A stretch of 64,000 nucleotides of DNA from an uncultured Planctomycetia bacterium (lineage in GTDB: Bacteria > Omnitrophota > Gorgyraeia > 2-02-FULL-51-18), in assembly GCA_964642015.1 (NCBI GenBank), contig CAZXLF010000001.1, positions 432,168 through 496,167 of the forward strand, given 5' to 3'. The position numbers and the translations under genes were made by a program. Under the pieces are notes generated by a model, which was not told where the DNA came from, made no database searches, and was given only the letters and a program-made list of their open reading frames with translations. This document shows positions 51,621-62,795 of the stretch, piece after piece. Each line of letters begins with the position of its first letter. Position 1 is the stretch's first letter.

Positions 51621-52103
51621 ATGTCATTGCCCTTTGAAATAGAGAAACTTCGCGAAGAAATCAGAAGCCAGATCGAAAAACTAGGCGCAGAGCTGATAGA
51701 TATCCATTTCCGCAAAAGCAGCGGCAGGAGCGCCTTGGTTTTGATGGTGGATAAACCAAGCGGCATCACGCTTGACGATTGCGCTGACATCAACCGGCGT
51801 CTCGGCGAGTATTTGGACGGATTATCGGAAGAAAGCAGTTTTCTTAATACGCCTTACTATTTGGAAGTTAACAGTCCGGGTTTGGATCGCCCGTTAAAGA
51901 CAAAGGCGGATTTTGAACGAGCGGCGGGACAAAAAGTGCGTGTGGCATACAAGAGTGAACAAGGTGCCGGACTTGTTTGTGTGGGTAAAGTTTTGGGATT
52001 TGAGGGTGAACTGCTGAATCTTCAGTCCGGCGGAGATAAGAAAGTTTCTATCCCGTTGAATGCAATCACGAAGGCGTCACGGGAAATACAGATAGGAAAA
52101 TAA
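51621..52103 (+). CDS. rimP: Ribosome maturation factor RimP
   Basis: DKPSGITLDDC, YYLEVNSPGLDRPL; upstream of nusA. Confidence 0.94.
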   Translation: MSLPFEIEKLREEIRSQIEKLGAELIDIHFRKSSGRSALVLMVDKPSGITLDDCADINRRLGEYLDGLSEESSFLNTPYYLEVNSPGLDRPLKTKADFERAAGQKVRVAYKSEQGAGLVCVGKVLGFEGELLNLQSGGDKKVSIPLNAITKASREIQIGK

Positions 52104-52109
52104 GAAAAA

Positions 52110-53390
52110 ATGAGCACAGAGCTTTTGACAGTATTAGAAAATATCGAGCGTGAAAAGGGGATAAGCCGACAAGTTTTGATCGAGTCGGTCGAAGCGGCAT
52201 TGGTCTCTGCTGCAAAAAAAGTGATCCATGATAAGGATAAGGAGGTCGAGGTCAAGATCGACCTTGAGACCGGAAAGATCAAAGTTTTTTCTGAGGGCAA
52301 GGAGATCGTTTCCAATGAATTTGGCCGTATTGCCGCTCAGACCGCCAAACAGGTTATTTTTCAAAAGATCCGCGAAGCCGAACGCGATGTTATTTTTAAT
52401 GAGTTCAATCAAAAGGCGGATTCGATCACGACGGGTACGGTTTATCGTTTTGAAAAGGGCGCTTTGCTTGTGGATCTTGGAAAGACCGAGGGAGTTCTGC
52501 CGAAACGCGAAATGTCGCCAAGGGACAGTTACCGCCAGGGCGATACGATCCGGGCTTATATCCTGGAGGTCAGCAAGACATCAAAAGGTCCCCAGATCAT
52601 CCTTTCGAGAAGCCATCCCGGATTTGTGAAATGTTTGTTTGAACTCGAGGTTCCCGAAGTCGCCGAAGGTATGGTCGAGATCATGTCGGTGTCACGCGAA
52701 GCGGGGGACCGCACTAAGATCGCTGTTTGGTCAAAAAATGAAAAAGTTGACTGCGTCGGCGCATGCGTCGGGATCCGCGGGTCAAGGGTCAAGGGCGTTG
52801 TGAAAGAATTGCAAGGCGAGAAGATCGATATCGTTCGCTGGAGCGAAAATATTGACGAATATGTGCAAGCGGCGCTTAGCCCGGCCGAAATATCTTCGGT
52901 GAAAGTGATCAACCATGAAGACAAAAAAGTCGAAGTTATAGTCAGCGACGATCAACTGTCGTTAGCGATCGGAAAGAATGGTCAGAATGTGCGTCTTGCT
53001 TCTAAATTGACCGGATGGTCCATTGATATCCGTTCTAAGAAAGAGATCGTGAAAGAAAAGCTTGAAGCTAGCATGACACCCGAAACTGCAGAGACTCAAG
53101 CTGTTCAACCTCAAATGATCGAGTCGATCGAAGGGATTGGTCCCAAAACCGCCGAGACTCTGGCAGGCGCGGGATACAAAACCCTGGATGACCTAAAGAA
53201 CGCAAGCGATGAAGCGCTTCTTTCGATCAAAGGCGTCGGGAAAAAAGCCCTCGAAAAGATCCGAAAAGCGACTCACGGGATCGTTGAAGGAGAAAGCGCG
53301 GCCCAATCCCAAGAGGCTGAAGGTGTAGAAGAAAATCCCAAACAAAGCGTCGAGGAAGAGTCGAACAAAGAGGGCGAAAAAGAATCTTAA
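52110..53390 (+). CDS. nusA: Transcription factor NusA with C-terminal HhH repeats
   Basis: FGRIAAQTAKQ, LFELEVPE, GACVGIRGSR, EKIDI, LAIGKNGQNVRLA; IEGIGPK and IKGVGKK HhH motifs. Confidence 0.97.
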   Translation: MSTELLTVLENIEREKGISRQVLIESVEAALVSAAKKVIHDKDKEVEVKIDLETGKIKVFSEGKEIVSNEFGRIAAQTAKQVIFQKIREAERDVIFNEFNQKADSITTGTVYRFEKGALLVDLGKTEGVLPKREMSPRDSYRQGDTIRAYILEVSKTSKGPQIILSRSHPGFVKCLFELEVPEVAEGMVEIMSVSREAGDRTKIAVWSKNEKVDCVGACVGIRGSRVKGVVKELQGEKIDIVRWSENIDEYVQAALSPAEISSVKVINHEDKKVEVIVSDDQLSLAIGKNGQNVRLASKLTGWSIDIRSKKEIVKEKLEASMTPETAETQAVQPQMIESIEGIGPKTAETLAGAGYKTLDDLKNASDEALLSIKGVGKKALEKIRKATHGIVEGESAAQSQEAEGVEENPKQSVEEESNKEGEKES

Positions 53391-53391
53391 A

Positions 53392-55662
53392 ATGTCCATC
53401 CGCGTGCATGAATTAGCGAAAGAATTAAAGCTTACGTCCAAAGAGCTTATCGATAAATTCAAAGCTCTCAAGATCGATGCCAAGAGCCACATGAGCGTCC
53501 TAACAGATGCGGATGTCAAGGCTGTAAAGAATTCCTTGTCAAAATCTGCGTTGCCCGCGAAACAAGCTTCAGCTTCCCAGGCGGCTGTCAAATCAGCTCC
53601 GGTTGCGTCAAAGGTAGAGCCTAAAACGTCGCAAACGGCGTCGATAGAAAATGTAAAAAAAGAATTCCTGCTTCAGCGAAGCGGAATGAAAAGCGCTGCA
53701 CCGGTTCAAGAGGTTAAAAAACCCCGTGTTACGCCGGCGCCGGTTTCGCATGTGATGGCTCCGCGTCCAGCGGCTTCTCCCAAGCCAAAGCCAGCCGCGC
53801 CGGATATTAAAAAGCCGATCAAACACATTGCCCATGAAGTCCCTCAGCACAAAGAAATTCCATCGGTGAGCACTGTCACCGTTCCGGTCGAACCCGAAGT
53901 CAAGCGTATCCGCAAGATAGAAGTTGAAACCCCGATTAGCGTGAAAGATCTTGCCGCGAAATTTTTCGTTAAGCCCAGCGATCTTATCCAAAAACTTATC
54001 AAACTGAATATTTTTGCGACGATCAATCAATCGCTTAATTTTGAAGTTGCTGCCAAAGTCGCTCAAGAATTCAGTTTTGAGATCGAAAAACCGACCAAGA
54101 CAGAAGAATCCAAGGTTGAAATAAAGCAAGCATCGGTTGACGCCTCTCTTTTGAAGCCAAGGGCTCCGATCGTGACTTTTATGGGTCATGTTGACCACGG
54201 AAAAACATCGCTTCTTGACGCAATAAGAAACACCAAGGTCGCCGCAAAAGAAGCGGGCGGTATTACGCAGCATATCGGTGCTTATGAAGTTTTCCTTCCG
54301 AAAGGCGCTGTAACATTTTTAGATACGCCTGGCCATGAGGCTTTCACTGCGATGAGGGCTCGCGGTGCCCGCGCTACGGATGTTGTGGTCCTTGTCGTTG
54401 CCGCTGATGATGGCGTCATGCCTCAAACGATTGAGGCTATTGATCACGCAAAGGCAGCCAACGTACCAATTATCGTGGCTATCAATAAGACCGATCTGCC
54501 GGCCGCCAATCCAGATCGCGTCAAAAAAGCTTTGATGGAGCATGGACTTATGTCCGAAGATTGGGGCGGCAAGACGATTATGATCCCGGTTTCGGCTAAG
54601 ACCGGCAAGGGGATCGACGATCTTCTTGAGATGCTAGCTTTAGAATCTGACCTTCTGGAACTTAGAGCGAATCCATCGGGTTCGGCGACAGGTGTTGTTG
54701 TAGAAGCCGAGCTTTCGAAAGAAAGCGGCGTTTTGGCAACGGTTTTGGTGCAGGACGGAACATTGAATGTCGGTGATGTGGCGATCGTGGGAAATTTTTA
54801 CTGCAAAGTGCGCGCGATGATCAATGACCGAGGTCAGAGGATCAAAGAAGCGCTGCCTTCGATGCCGGTAGAAATTCTCGGGTTACCGGGTGTGCCAAAG
54901 GCCGGAGATCGTTTTTATGTAGTGAAGGACGAACGGGTGGCCAAAGAAATCATGGAACAGAAACAAAGCACCGCCACAGATAAGAGTGCTTCGGGCGGCC
55001 ACATTACTTTGGAACAGCTTTTTGAAGGCATCAAATCCGGCAAAGTTGAGCAATTGAAGTTGATCATTAAATCGGACGTTCAGGGCTCTGTTGAAGCATT
55101 GCGATCTACGCTCGATAAAATCCAGTCAAAGAACGTGAAGCTTAATATCATTCACTCAGGAATCGGGGATATTACCGAATCCGATGTGATGCTGGCTGCT
55201 GCGTCGGACGCCGTCGTGATTGGTTTTCATGTCGGCATCGTCGGTACGGCGAAAGAGATCGCCGAAACAGAGCAAGTCGACGTACGTTTTTACGAGATCA
55301 TTTATGAAGTAAAGTCGGCCATTGAGAAAGCCATGGAAGGCCTTTTGATGCCTGAATTAAAAGAGATCTTCGTGGGTGTTGCCGAAGTGCGTCAGGTGTT
55401 CAAGGTTTCTAAAGTGGGTTCGATCGCCGGTTGTACCGTGCAAAAGGGGAAGATCGTCAGGAATTTTCCATGCCGCGTCATGCGCAATGGAGCGAAGATT
55501 CATGAAGGCAAAGTCGAGTCTTTGAAGCGTTTCAAAGACGATGCCCGCGAAGTGCTCGAAGGTTTTGAGTGCGGTATCGGGGTTTCCAATTTCGATGAGA
55601 TCGTCTCAGGCGACCGCATCGAGGTTTATGAGATCCAGAAGAAAGCAAGGAAGCTGGAGTAA
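53392..55662 (+). CDS. infB: Translation initiation factor IF-2
   Basis: [48 protein letters not shown]. Confidence 0.98.
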   Translation: MSIRVHELAKELKLTSKELIDKFKALKIDAKSHMSVLTDADVKAVKNSLSKSALPAKQASASQAAVKSAPVASKVEPKTSQTASIENVKKEFLLQRSGMKSAAPVQEVKKPRVTPAPVSHVMAPRPAASPKPKPAAPDIKKPIKHIAHEVPQHKEIPSVSTVTVPVEPEVKRIRKIEVETPISVKDLAAKFFVKPSDLIQKLIKLNIFATINQSLNFEVAAKVAQEFSFEIEKPTKTEESKVEIKQASVDASLLKPRAPIVTFMGHVDHGKTSLLDAIRNTKVAAKEAGGITQHIGAYEVFLPKGAVTFLDTPGHEAFTAMRARGARATDVVVLVVAADDGVMPQTIEAIDHAKAANVPIIVAINKTDLPAANPDRVKKALMEHGLMSEDWGGKTIMIPVSAKTGKGIDDLLEMLALESDLLELRANPSGSATGVVVEAELSKESGVLATVLVQDGTLNVGDVAIVGNFYCKVRAMINDRGQRIKEALPSMPVEILGLPGVPKAGDRFYVVKDERVAKEIMEQKQSTATDKSASGGHITLEQLFEGIKSGKVEQLKLIIKSDVQGSVEALRSTLDKIQSKNVKLNIIHSGIGDITESDVMLAAASDAVVIGFHVGIVGTAKEIAETEQVDVRFYEIIYEVKSAIEKAMEGLLMPELKEIFVGVAEVRQVFKVSKVGSIAGCTVQKGKIVRNFPCRVMRNGAKIHEGKVESLKRFKDDAREVLEGFECGIGVSNFDEIVSGDRIEVYEIQKKARKLE

Positions 55663-55671
55663 TATCAATCT

Positions 55672-56679
55672 ATGAGCCGGATCCTTTCCGGAATGAGACC
55701 GACCGGTCCTTTGCATTTGGGCCATTTGCTCGGGGCGCTTGAAAGCTGGATCAAGCTTCAAGAAAGCCACGAGTGTTTTTTTATGGTCGCCGATCTTCAT
55801 GCGCTGATGGGCGAATATGAAAATCCGGCTGATATCCGGAAAAATTCGATCGAAATGGTGATCGACTGGCTGGCGTGTGGCATTGATCCAAAGAAAAGCA
55901 CGATCTTTATTCAATCGCAAGTACCCGAACATTCTGAATTAGCTTTGATGCTGGGAATGCTGACACCGCTCGGGTGGCTCGAAAGAAACCCGACTTACAA
56001 GGAACAATTGAGAGAAATTCAAGGCCGCGATCTGACAACTTTCGGATTTTTAGGTTATCCGGTTCTGCAAACGGCGGATATATTGCTTTATAAAGCGGAC
56101 CGCGTCCCCGTAGGCGAAGACCAGCTGGCGCATTTAGAGTTGGCTCGAGAAATTGTCAGGCGTTTTAAACATTTTTATAAGAAAGAGACGTTCCCTGAGC
56201 CGCAAGCGATGCTGACGAACGAGCCTCGTATATTGGGAACGGACCGACGGAAGATGTCGAAAAGTTATGGGAACGCGATCAATTTTTCAGACTCTGATGA
56301 AACTGTGAGAAAAAAAGTGCAGTCCATGATCACAGATCCTGATCGTGTCAAGTCGTCCGATCCCGGTCATCCGGATATTTGCAATGTTTATTCTTATTAC
56401 AAGATCTTTTCCGATGCGGCCGTTGTCAAGGATGTTCATGAATGGTGTACAAAGGCCAAAAAAGGCTGCACGGATTGCAAAAAGGAATTCGGTGCTATTT
56501 TGGCCAAAAAGATGGACCCTATTCGGCAGCGGCGCGAAGAGATCGCCAAAGACCAGCACCGTCTGATCCAGATAATTTCGGAAGGATGTGAGAAGGCGCG
56601 CAAAGTTGCTCAGAACACGATGAACGATGTCCGTGAGGTCTTTCATTTGATGAATTTTGAGGCAAGCGGTGTCAAATAA
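55672..56679 (+). CDS. trpS: Tryptophan--tRNA ligase
   Basis: SGMRPTG.LHLGH, YPVLQTADIL, VPVGEDQ, KMSKSY. Confidence 0.96.
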   Translation: MSRILSGMRPTGPLHLGHLLGALESWIKLQESHECFFMVADLHALMGEYENPADIRKNSIEMVIDWLACGIDPKKSTIFIQSQVPEHSELALMLGMLTPLGWLERNPTYKEQLREIQGRDLTTFGFLGYPVLQTADILLYKADRVPVGEDQLAHLELAREIVRRFKHFYKKETFPEPQAMLTNEPRILGTDRRKMSKSYGNAINFSDSDETVRKKVQSMITDPDRVKSSDPGHPDICNVYSYYKIFSDAAVVKDVHEWCTKAKKGCTDCKKEFGAILAKKMDPIRQRREEIAKDQHRLIQIISEGCEKARKVAQNTMNDVREVFHLMNFEASGVK

Positions 56680-57394
56680 CTATAAAGTACGTTTGGATAT
56701 TTTCGAGGGGCCGCTCGATCTGCTTTTGTATCTGATCAAAAAGGACGAGTTGAATATTTATGATATTCCGATCACACAGATCACTGAGCAATATTTGGAA
56801 TACTTGAATTTGATGGATCTCTTGGACCTGGATATTGCCGGAGAATTTTTGGTGATGGCAGCAACTTTGATGCAGATCAAGTCAAAGATGCTTTTGCCTC
56901 CCGATCCGACGGAAACAGCGCTTGAAGAACTGGATCCTCGCGCAGAACTGGTGAGAAGACTGCTCGAATACAAGGCGTTCAAAGAAGCCGCAGAAAGACT
57001 GAGGGATTTCGAGGATAAGCGCACAGAGATCTTTACACGTTATGGCGCAGAGCCTGAATTGGACGGAGGAGACAGTCCGTTTCTTGAGGTTTCGCTTTTT
57101 GACCTGATCTCGGCATTTTCTGTGGTATTAAAAAATCTGCCGAAAAGCGATACGCATGAAGTAGTCAAAGATGAATTTACAGTTGCTGAAAAAGTTCATG
57201 AGATATTCCATCGACTCGTAAAAGAGCCGGTGATCTATTTCAGCGACCTCTTTAAGACCTCTAAGAACAAGTTCGAGGTCATCACCATATTTTTAGCGGT
57301 GCTTGAGCTGATCCGACTTAAGGAAGTGACGATCAGGCAGGACCGTCATTTTTCGGAGATCGAAATAGCGAGAAACGTGCGTGTACCGGAGTGA
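56669..57394 (+). CDS. scpA: Segregation and condensation protein A
   Basis: FEGPLDLLLYLI, AGEFLVMAATL..IKSKMLLP, FLAVLEL. GTG 56669 has GAGG upstream. Confidence 0.94.
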   Translation: MSNNYKVRLDIFEGPLDLLLYLIKKDELNIYDIPITQITEQYLEYLNLMDLLDLDIAGEFLVMAATLMQIKSKMLLPPDPTETALEELDPRAELVRRLLEYKAFKEAAERLRDFEDKRTEIFTRYGAEPELDGGDSPFLEVSLFDLISAFSVVLKNLPKSDTHEVVKDEFTVAEKVHEIFHRLVKEPVIYFSDLFKTSKNKFEVITIFLAVLELIRLKEVTIRQDRHFSEIEIARNVRVPE

Positions 57395-57397
57395 ATC

Positions 57398-58027
57398 ATG
57401 GAAAAAAATAATGAACTAAAATACATCGTTGAAGCGCTGCTTTTTGCCAGCGACAGGCCGTTATCCGCCGAAGAAATGAAGGAGGCGTTCGAGGAAAAGA
57501 TCACCTCGGCAGATATTGCCTCGAGTTTAGACGCTTTGAAAGCCGACTATGAGGAACAAGGGCGCGGCTTCCGGCTTTTTGAGATAGCCGGCGGTTTTCA
57601 GCTTGTAACAGACTCGCGTTTAGCGCCTTATCTCAAAAGATTTTATGAGGAACGCGAGAAAAAGCGCCTTTCTCAAGCGAGTCTCGAAACGCTTTCGGTG
57701 ATCGCGTACCGGCAGCCGGTCACACGCGCGGACATTGAGTTCATCCGGGGTGTTAATGTCGACGGAGCGATCAAAACTCTTTTGGAAAAAGGGCTCGTGA
57801 AGATCGTTGGCCGCAAAGAAGTGCCGGGGCGTCCGATGCTTTACGGTACGACAAAGATTTTTCTCGATCATTTCGGCTTGAAATCTACCAAGGAACTTCC
57901 GGCGTTATCGGAGTATTCCTTGAAAGATATTGAACCGCATCTTTTACCACCGGAACTCAAAGGATCCGCAGAAGGCGAGACCGAAATGGCCGAACAAACT
58001 GACCAGAAAACAGGCGGTGAAGAATGA
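57398..58027 (+). CDS. scpB: Segregation and condensation protein B
   Basis: VEALLFAS, LSQASLETLSVIAYRQPVTR, IRGV, GRPMLYGTT..FL..FGL. Confidence 0.96.
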   Translation: MEKNNELKYIVEALLFASDRPLSAEEMKEAFEEKITSADIASSLDALKADYEEQGRGFRLFEIAGGFQLVTDSRLAPYLKRFYEEREKKRLSQASLETLSVIAYRQPVTRADIEFIRGVNVDGAIKTLLEKGLVKIVGRKEVPGRPMLYGTTKIFLDHFGLKSTKELPALSEYSLKDIEPHLLPPELKGSAEGETEMAEQTDQKTGGEE

Positions 58028-59103
58028 GCGTTGATGGAGCCCGCAAACTGATCGATTCGATCGATGAGAAAATACTCAAGCTATTGAATGAGCGGGCCGA
58101 AGCGTCCAAGAGGATCGGCAAGATCAAACTGAAAGAAGGCCAGGGCATTTATGCTCCTCATCGCGAGAAAGAAGTGCTCGATCGTTTGAAGGTTATCAAT
58201 AAAGGCCCTTTGACGCCTGCTGCGATCGAGGCGATCTATCGCGAGATCATGTCAAGTTCCATCAGTCTCGAGAAAGAAGTGCGGATCGCTTATTTAGGTC
58301 CCGAATCAACATTCACCCATCAGGCTGCGCAGAAAAAATTCGGTGCGTCGGTCCAATATTTTCCGTGCACCAATATTTCGGATGTGTTCGCTGAAGTTGA
58401 GCGGGGACGGAGCGACTATGGTGTAGTGCCCGTCGAGAATTCAACAGAGGGTGCCGTCAATTATACGCTCGATATGTTCATTGAATCGGGTCTCAAAATA
58501 TGCGCCGAGCTTTATCTGCCGATCAATCATAATTTATTGTCCAACGCCGCTTCACTCAAGAAGATCAATCAGATCTACTCGATCCCGCAGGCGCTGGCGC
58601 AGTGCCGCCTTTGGCTCGAATCCAATATCCCCGGCGCGCGTTTGATGCCGGCAGCGAGCACCGCGGATGCGGCGCGTTACGTAGCCGAACATCCTCAGTT
58701 CAAAAATGAGATCGCCTGCATCGCAAGCGTTCTGGCGGCGAAAGAGTACCATCTGCGCGTCTTAGCGCCTTCGATCGAGGATAGCGCGAATAACACCACG
58801 CGTTTTATCGTTATTGCGCGCAATGATGCCAAGCCGACAGGCAAGGACAGAACATCGATCGTTTTTTCGGTGAAAGACCGTGTAGGCGCATTGCATGATA
58901 TTTTACTTCATTTCCAGAAGGCGAACATCAATCTGACAAAGATCGAATCTCGTCCGTCCAAAAAGAAGATCTGGAGTTATTTCTTTTTCGTCGATTTTGA
59001 GGGTCATGTGCAGGACCCGAAGATCACGCAAGCGCTGGCCAATCTCGAAAAAAACTGCACGTTGTTCAAGATCCTCGGTTCTTATCCGAAAGCGGATTTT
59101 TAA
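58024..59103 (+). CDS. pheA: Chorismate mutase/prephenate dehydratase (P-protein)
   Basis: RKLIDSIDEKIL, YLGPESTFT, VPVENSTEG, NTTRF, LTKIESRP, LGSYP. Confidence 0.96.
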   Translation: MSVDGARKLIDSIDEKILKLLNERAEASKRIGKIKLKEGQGIYAPHREKEVLDRLKVINKGPLTPAAIEAIYREIMSSSISLEKEVRIAYLGPESTFTHQAAQKKFGASVQYFPCTNISDVFAEVERGRSDYGVVPVENSTEGAVNYTLDMFIESGLKICAELYLPINHNLLSNAASLKKINQIYSIPQALAQCRLWLESNIPGARLMPAASTADAARYVAEHPQFKNEIACIASVLAAKEYHLRVLAPSIEDSANNTTRFIVIARNDAKPTGKDRTSIVFSVKDRVGALHDILLHFQKANINLTKIESRPSKKKIWSYFFFVDFEGHVQDPKITQALANLEKNCTLFKILGSYPKADF

Positions 59104-60257
59104 TGGACCCTGCTCTTGATAGACCCGTGCAAAAGTCTCACGTCAAAAGCACAACGGACTTTTTTTCTTCGGCTAAAAAAAATCTCGCAAAGGTCAAGGT
59201 CTATCAGCCCGGCAAACCGATCGAAGAGGTGGAGCGTGAATACGGCTTAAAGAATGCCGTGAAGATGGCTTCCAATGAGAATGCCCTCGGCCCGTCTCCT
59301 AAAGCGCTGGCCGCGCTCAAAAGAAATCTTCCCAGGATCCATCGTTATCCGGACGGCAACTGTTTTTACCTGAGGAATAAGCTTGCGAAAACGCTCGGTG
59401 TTTCTCCCGAAGCTCTGGTATTCGGAAACGGCTCTGACGAGATCCTTGTTTTTGCGGTCAGGACATTCGTGAGCCATGGAGACGAGGTGATCATCGCTGA
59501 TCCCACGTTCATGATCTATGAGATCGCGACACAAGTAGAGAGCGGCGCGATCGTAAAGGTGCCTATGAAGGATTTTCACTACGATCTGGATGTGATGAGA
59601 TCACGCATCAGTGAAAGGACAAAGCTTATTTTTATCGCGAATCCCGATAATCCGGTTGGAACGTATATTTCCGAAAAAGATATTTTAAAATTCCTTAAAG
59701 CGGTACCTCCGCACATTGTCGTCGTTTTGGACGAGGCTTATTACGAATTCGCCAAAGAGAAGAAAGATTATCCGGACTCCATCGGTTTTTTATTGGGATC
59801 ATTCAGCAATCTCATCGTGGTGAGGACTTTTTCCAAGGCTTACGGTTTGAGCGGTCTGCGGATAGGGTACGGCGTCACAAGCCCCAATATCGCATACGCT
59901 TTGAATAAAGTGAGGGAGCCGTTCAATGTGAACCTTCTCGCGCAAAGCGCGGCTATCGCGGCGCTGGATGACAAAGTGCATTTAAAAAAATCTCTCGCGA
60001 TGGTTTCCGAAGGCCGAAAATTCTTATCGCGCGGTTTAAGAAGTCTCGGGGCGAACGTCGTGGATACAGCGACGAATTTTATTTTGGCTGATCTGGGCAG
60101 AGATTCAGGTGTTGTGCACGAAAAACTTTTGAGAAAAGGCATCATCATCCGGCCGATGGGCAGCTGGGGTCTGAAGACATTTATCCGTGTGACGATCGGC
60201 AAACCCGCCGAAAACAAACGATTCATGCGGACATTGGGCCAGGTGCTTAAAAATTAA
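59103..60257 (+). CDS. hisC: Histidinol-phosphate/aromatic aminotransferase
   Basis: YQPGKP, ASNEN, GNGSDE, NPDNPVG, DEAY, RTFSKAYGL.GLRIGY. Confidence 0.93.
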   Translation: MDPALDRPVQKSHVKSTTDFFSSAKKNLAKVKVYQPGKPIEEVEREYGLKNAVKMASNENALGPSPKALAALKRNLPRIHRYPDGNCFYLRNKLAKTLGVSPEALVFGNGSDEILVFAVRTFVSHGDEVIIADPTFMIYEIATQVESGAIVKVPMKDFHYDLDVMRSRISERTKLIFIANPDNPVGTYISEKDILKFLKAVPPHIVVVLDEAYYEFAKEKKDYPDSIGFLLGSFSNLIVVRTFSKAYGLSGLRIGYGVTSPNIAYALNKVREPFNVNLLAQSAAIAALDDKVHLKKSLAMVSEGRKFLSRGLRSLGANVVDTATNFILADLGRDSGVVHEKLLRKGIIIRPMGSWGLKTFIRVTIGKPAENKRFMRTLGQVLKN

Positions 60258-60293
60258 AGCTAGAAAGAACATTCAAAATAACAGGAGTTCAAG

Positions 60294-61310
60294 ATGATTA
60301 TTGTTTTAAAACCTGACGTAACAAAAAAAGAGATCAAGCACATCGAAGATAAGATCCGGGAACTGGGTTTAAAGCCCATGTTGTCCGAAGGAAAAGAGAG
60401 GACGATCATCGGCGTGATCGGCGAGGAAGATCGCGCGCGCATCCAGCCGTTCGAGGCGTTCCCCGGTGTGGAAAGTGTGATGCCGATCCAGAAGCCGTAC
60501 AAATTCGTTTCACGCGAATTCAAGAAAGAAAACAGCATCGTCAAGATCGCTCCGGGGCTTGAGATCGGCGGAGAAAGGATCGTGATCATGGCCGGTCCCT
60601 GCACCGTGGAAAACCGCGAACGGCTGATCCATATCGCTGAAACGGTCAAAAAAAGCGGAGCGAAAGTGCTTCGCGGAGGCGCTTTTAAACCGCGCACATC
60701 GCCTTATTCGTTCCAAGGTTTGAAAGATAAAGGAATGAAATTCCTTTATGAAGCGAAGAAAAAAGCAGGGCTTCCGATCGTCACCGAGCTCATGGATCCG
60801 CGCGATCTGCCGCTTTTCCTGAAATACGCCGACATCATCCAGATCGGGGCCCGAAATATGCAGAACTTTGAGCTTTTAAAGGAAGTGGGGAAGACAAAGA
60901 AGCCGGTGCTTTTAAAAAGGGGCATGGCCAATACGATCAAAGATTTTTTGCTTTCCGCTGAGTACATCATATCCGAAGGAAATCACAATTGTATCCTTTG
61001 CGAGCGCGGCATTCGGACATTTGAAGACGCGACACGTTTCACGCTTGATATCAGCGCGGTGCCGGTGATCAAAAAATTAAGTCATTTGCCGGTTGTGATC
61101 GATCCTTCGCATTGCTCAGGGATCTGGGATTATGTGGCGCCTTTATCGAAGGCGGCGATCGCTGTCGGCGCGGATGGGCTTCTGATCGAAGTGCATGATG
61201 ATCCCGAGCAAGCGCTTTGCGACGGGCCTCAGGCCTTGAAACCGCACAAATTCGATGTGCTGATGAATGAGATGCGCCAGATCGCCAAAGCTATCGGGAG
61301 AACTATTTGA
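60294..61310 (+). CDS. aroF: DAHP synthase (type I-beta with an N-terminal regulatory domain)
   Basis: MAGPCTVE, RGGAFKPRTSPYSFQG, IGARNMQN, CERGIRTF, DPSH. Confidence 0.95.
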   Translation: MIIVLKPDVTKKEIKHIEDKIRELGLKPMLSEGKERTIIGVIGEEDRARIQPFEAFPGVESVMPIQKPYKFVSREFKKENSIVKIAPGLEIGGERIVIMAGPCTVENRERLIHIAETVKKSGAKVLRGGAFKPRTSPYSFQGLKDKGMKFLYEAKKKAGLPIVTELMDPRDLPLFLKYADIIQIGARNMQNFELLKEVGKTKKPVLLKRGMANTIKDFLLSAEYIISEGNHNCILCERGIRTFEDATRFTLDISAVPVIKKLSHLPVVIDPSHCSGIWDYVAPLSKAAIAVGADGLLIEVHDDPEQALCDGPQALKPHKFDVLMNEMRQIAKAIGRTI

Positions 61311-62119
61311 AAAAACCTTTGTTTAACAAGGTTTGTATCGTTGGCGTCGGATTGATCGGCGGATCTTTAGGCCTTGCCATCAAGAAAAAAAAGATCGCGA
61401 ATTTTATTGTCGGTGTTGCTCGGCGCAAAACTTCCGCGATCGGGGCTGTTCAGGCCAAAGCTGTGGATATGGCGACGCTTGATCTAAAAGAAGGTATAAG
61501 CGGAGCCGATCTCGTCATATTGGCCGGCCCTATCCCTGCGATTATTTCGCAAATTCAAAGATTATCCAAATATCTCAATAAAAATACCATTATTATCGAT
61601 GTAGGCAGTTCTAAGAACAGTGTGGGCCTCGCCGCTAAAAAATATTTGCCTAAAAATCTGTTTGTCGGATGTCACCCGATGGCCGGCTCGGAAAAGACCG
61701 GTGTGAAATATGCGCACAGCGGTCTTTTTGAGGGAAGTGCGTGTTTTGTCACGAAAAACAATTCAAAAGTAAATCAACTTTGGGAGCGATTAGGTTCAAA
61801 GCCTATTTTGATCGAAGCAATCCAACATGATAAATGGGTCGCTCATGCAAGCCATTTACCGCATATTCTTTCATTTTGTCTTTTTCAGGATATCGAACGT
61901 AAATATCCGCTGAATCCGAGTATCAAGGAGTTTGAGCGTTTAGCGACGTCAAGCCCGGACCTGTGGGCCGATATTTTTTTGTCCAACGCCAAGGAGATTT
62001 TGAAAACTTCCGCGGATTTCAGAAAAAATCTCATGCAGTTCGAAAAAAACTTAAGCTTGAAAAATAAATCCAAGCTTGTCCAGCTTATTCAAAATGCCAA
62101 TAAAAAAGCGTCGGCATAG
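61307..62119 (+). CDS. tyrA: Prephenate/arogenate dehydrogenase
   Basis: GVGLIGGS, DVGSSK, HPMAGSE, HD...SHLPH, LWADIF..N. Confidence 0.92.
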   Translation: MKKPLFNKVCIVGVGLIGGSLGLAIKKKKIANFIVGVARRKTSAIGAVQAKAVDMATLDLKEGISGADLVILAGPIPAIISQIQRLSKYLNKNTIIIDVGSSKNSVGLAAKKYLPKNLFVGCHPMAGSEKTGVKYAHSGLFEGSACFVTKNNSKVNQLWERLGSKPILIEAIQHDKWVAHASHLPHILSFCLFQDIERKYPLNPSIKEFERLATSSPDLWADIFLSNAKEILKTSADFRKNLMQFEKNLSLKNKSKLVQLIQNANKKASA

Positions 62120-62795
62120 ACTTATTGTTGCGATCGATGGCCCCGCCGGCAGCGGGAAATCATCCACGGCCAAGGCGCTGGCAAAACGCATCAAAACACC
62201 TTACATCGACACCGGCGCGATGTACCGCGCGCTGACGCTCAAAGCCATGAAAGAAAAAGTTCCGTTCGAGAATAAAAAAACGCTTGTTGGTCTATTGAAA
62301 AAAGCACGCATCGAGCTTCTTGGAAAAGACCCTTTCAAACAAAAAGTGAGATTGGACGGCAAGGATGTCACGAAAGCGATCCGCTTACCCGAGCTTACCA
62401 AAAATGTTTTTCATGTTGCGCAGGAACCTTTGATACGCCGCGCAATGGTTAAAAAACAGCGCGAAATGGGGATAAAGAACGGTGCCGTGATGGAGGGTCG
62501 GGACATTGGAACAAAAGTTTTTCCGGACGCTGATTTTAAATTTTATTTTGAAGCCAGTGACGAGATCCGCGCCAGGCGCCGTTACCGCGAACTTATCGCA
62601 AACGGACAGAAGGTGACTTTAGAGCAAGTGTTAAGAGACCAAAAGAAGAGAGATGCCACCGATTATAATCGTAAAGAAGGTCCTCTCAAGGCGGCAAAAG
62701 ACGCAATAGTCATAGATACAAGTTCGTTGACAATCGATGAGACTATTGATAAAATCCTTCCGATCATTGGATCCCGTTCAAATAAGCGGGGTTAG
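62094..62795 (+). CDS. cmk: Cytidylate kinase (start uncertain)
   Basis: AIDGPAGSGKS, DTGAMYR, EGRDIGT.VFPDA, RD..D..R...PL. Confidence 0.96.
   Translation: MPIKKRRHRLIVAIDGPAGSGKSSTAKALAKRIKTPYIDTGAMYRALTLKAMKEKVPFENKKTLVGLLKKARIELLGKDPFKQKVRLDGKDVTKAIRLPELTKNVFHVAQEPLIRRAMVKKQREMGIKNGAVMEGRDIGTKVFPDADFKFYFEASDEIRARRRYRELIANGQKVTLEQVLRDQKKRDATDYNRKEGPLKAAKDAIVIDTSSLTIDETIDKILPIIGSRSNKRG

Noticed and set aside
53540-53900. Ala/Pro/Lys-rich low-complexity stretch in IF-2
   Set aside because: This is the normal variable N-terminal linker of IF-2.
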